NCBI GenBank assembly: GCA_051294375.1
Contig: CM119266.1
Coordinates: 2,845,812 to 2,909,811 of the forward strand
Direction: 5' to 3'
From: Paraspadella gotoi
Lineage: Eukaryota; Animalia; Chaetognatha
Length of the DNA: 64,000 nt
Part shown: positions 62,754-64,000 of the stretch, in pieces
How the letters are laid out: each line of letters starts with the position of its first letter
How positions within the stretch are numbered: the stretch's first letter is position 1
Made by a program: the position numbers and the translations under genes
Notes under the pieces: generated by a model
The model's input: only the letters and a program-made list of their open reading frames with translations
Told to the model about the DNA's origin: nothing
The model's database searches: none

Positions 62754-63424
62754 ATGTCATCCATCAACGTTTGCCTGATCGGAGCAGGCGTTTCGGGTTG
62801 CGCCTTTTTGAGCCACTTTGCTCGCCTGCAGCGAGAGGACGCCGCCTCCGACTCCACCGTCACCTGCTTCGAGAAGCAACGTGACTGGGGCGGGATGTGG
62901 AATTACGACTGGCGCACCTCTGTGGACGAGTTTGGTGAACCCGTCCACTGCAGCATGTATAGACACTTGTGGACGAACGAGCCTAAGGTGTTGATTAGTG
63001 AGTTATTGATTAACCGGATTAAATTCTAGTAACGATGCAAATACTTATCAAAAGTTTTCTATATATAGTTAAAAAAAAAAAACAAACGGGAAAAATATTA
63101 ATTATCAATTACGCATTATTTTTCTTTTTTTTTTGCGGGGGGGGGGTTTAAAAAGAAAATTAATATAATATTTTTCGCCGACTATTTACCAATTCAAAAT
63201 TTACTCGGGTGTCCCAACTCGAGGAAGTGATGGAGTTCTCCGACTACACCTACTCTGACCACTTCGGACGAGCCATTCCGAGCTTCCCCCCTCGCGCCGT
63301 TGTCACCGATTATCTCAAGGCCAAGTGGGAGAAGGACGGGATTCGTCGCTTTGTGCGATTCGGTCACGTGATCAGGAGGGTGGAATACGACGAAAAACGA
63401 GGCGAATTCGTTGTCGTCGTCAAG
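62754..63424 (+). CDS. Flavin-containing monooxygenase, trimethylamine monooxygenase (Tmm/bFMO)-like, 3'-partial; exons 62754-62987 and 63224-63424
   Basis: GAGVSG FAD-binding motif; CFEKQRDWGGMWNYDWRTSVDEFGEPVHCSMYRHLWTNEPK|EVMEFSDYTYSDHFGRAIPSFPPRAVVTDYLK. Confidence 0.88.
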
Positions 63425-63584
63425 GTTGGAAATCGGATTCGTATGTCTGTCTCTATTTATACATTATTAATTTCTGCCTATAGAATTAACGAAAAATATT
63501 AAATATTTCCATTCATTCAATAATCATTTATTTACTTTGCTCTTTTCATTAATGAGTAAATCCATAAATTTCGTTCATTAATTC

Positions 63585-64000
63585 TGAAGAGACAGTGATA
63601 ATTGATAAGTGTTAATGACAGAACCGTTCAATATAAGCAGTCCCTGAGCTTCGGATCAGGCTGTAACACCATGTTACAGGCGGGTTAAGCGCCCCGTCCC
63701 TCTTAACTGCTAGGCGGCCACCGGGCTAGAATGACCAATGACCACTGATGAACGGTTGGTGGATTTTGGTCCACCATACATCCCCCCCTCCCATAGGGAG
63801 AAGTCTGTTGCGTCTCTTCAGTGAATTGTTGGTGGAAAGTTCGTCACCAAGTTGAGGCATGTCGCCTGATGTGTTGTGGGCGGAAAGTGCATCGCCAGGT
63901 TGAGGCATGTCGCCTGAAAGTGTTGTTGTTGCTGTTGTGTTCGGAAGTCGGGCTCACCAATGAAGAGACAGTGATAATTGATAAGTGTTAATGACAGAAC
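63585..64000 (-). mobile_element. Miniature LTR retroelement (TRIM-like): LTR 63585-63820, 140-bp interior, second LTR from 63961 (runs off the window)
   Basis: LTR bounded by perfect TGAAGAGAC/GTCTCTTCA; 63961-64000 identical to 63585-63624; minus-strand TGGTGAGCCCGAC primer-binding-site-like sequence adjacent to the second LTR. Confidence 0.8.

Noticed and set aside
62754-63424. Bacterial contamination explaining the Tmm-like gene
   Set aside because: It has spliceosomal introns, an adjacent eukaryotic tRNA, and a host repeat family in its intron.
63744-63780. CTGATGA or CTGAAGA in the TRIM LTR as a hammerhead (retrozyme)
   Set aside because: No stem II followed by GAAA and no cleavage triplet found.

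Overview
Intron-rich animal (invertebrate-like) genomic DNA with GC-rich exons and AT-rich, repeat-laden introns; not prokaryotic, and no CRISPR array or rRNA. Gene order: 3' half of SKIV2L/Ski2 helicase (+), TMEM185 (+), a multi zinc-finger gene (+), an EMSY-type ENT-domain protein fused to a C-terminal bromodomain (+), ARMC2 (-), KANSL1/NSL1 (+), cyclin T (+), a syntaxin-like SNARE+TM fragment with a decayed duplicate of its last exon (+), tRNA-Thr(CGT), and the 5' part of an intron-containing flavin monooxygenase resembling bacterial trimethylamine monooxygenase (+). Introns hold Tc1/mariner-type and Merlin-type MITEs, Helentron-type (DINE/HINE) elements and Penelope relics with hammerhead-ribozyme motifs. 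The most unusual signal is a set of 236-277 bp LTR-like units (TG...CA-type ends, exact 4-bp target duplications), several with tRNA-like A/B-box cores and conserved hairpins, plus a two-LTR miniature retroelement at the right edge. All exon boundaries and family assignments were made by eye and from remembered family motifs; no database search was run.
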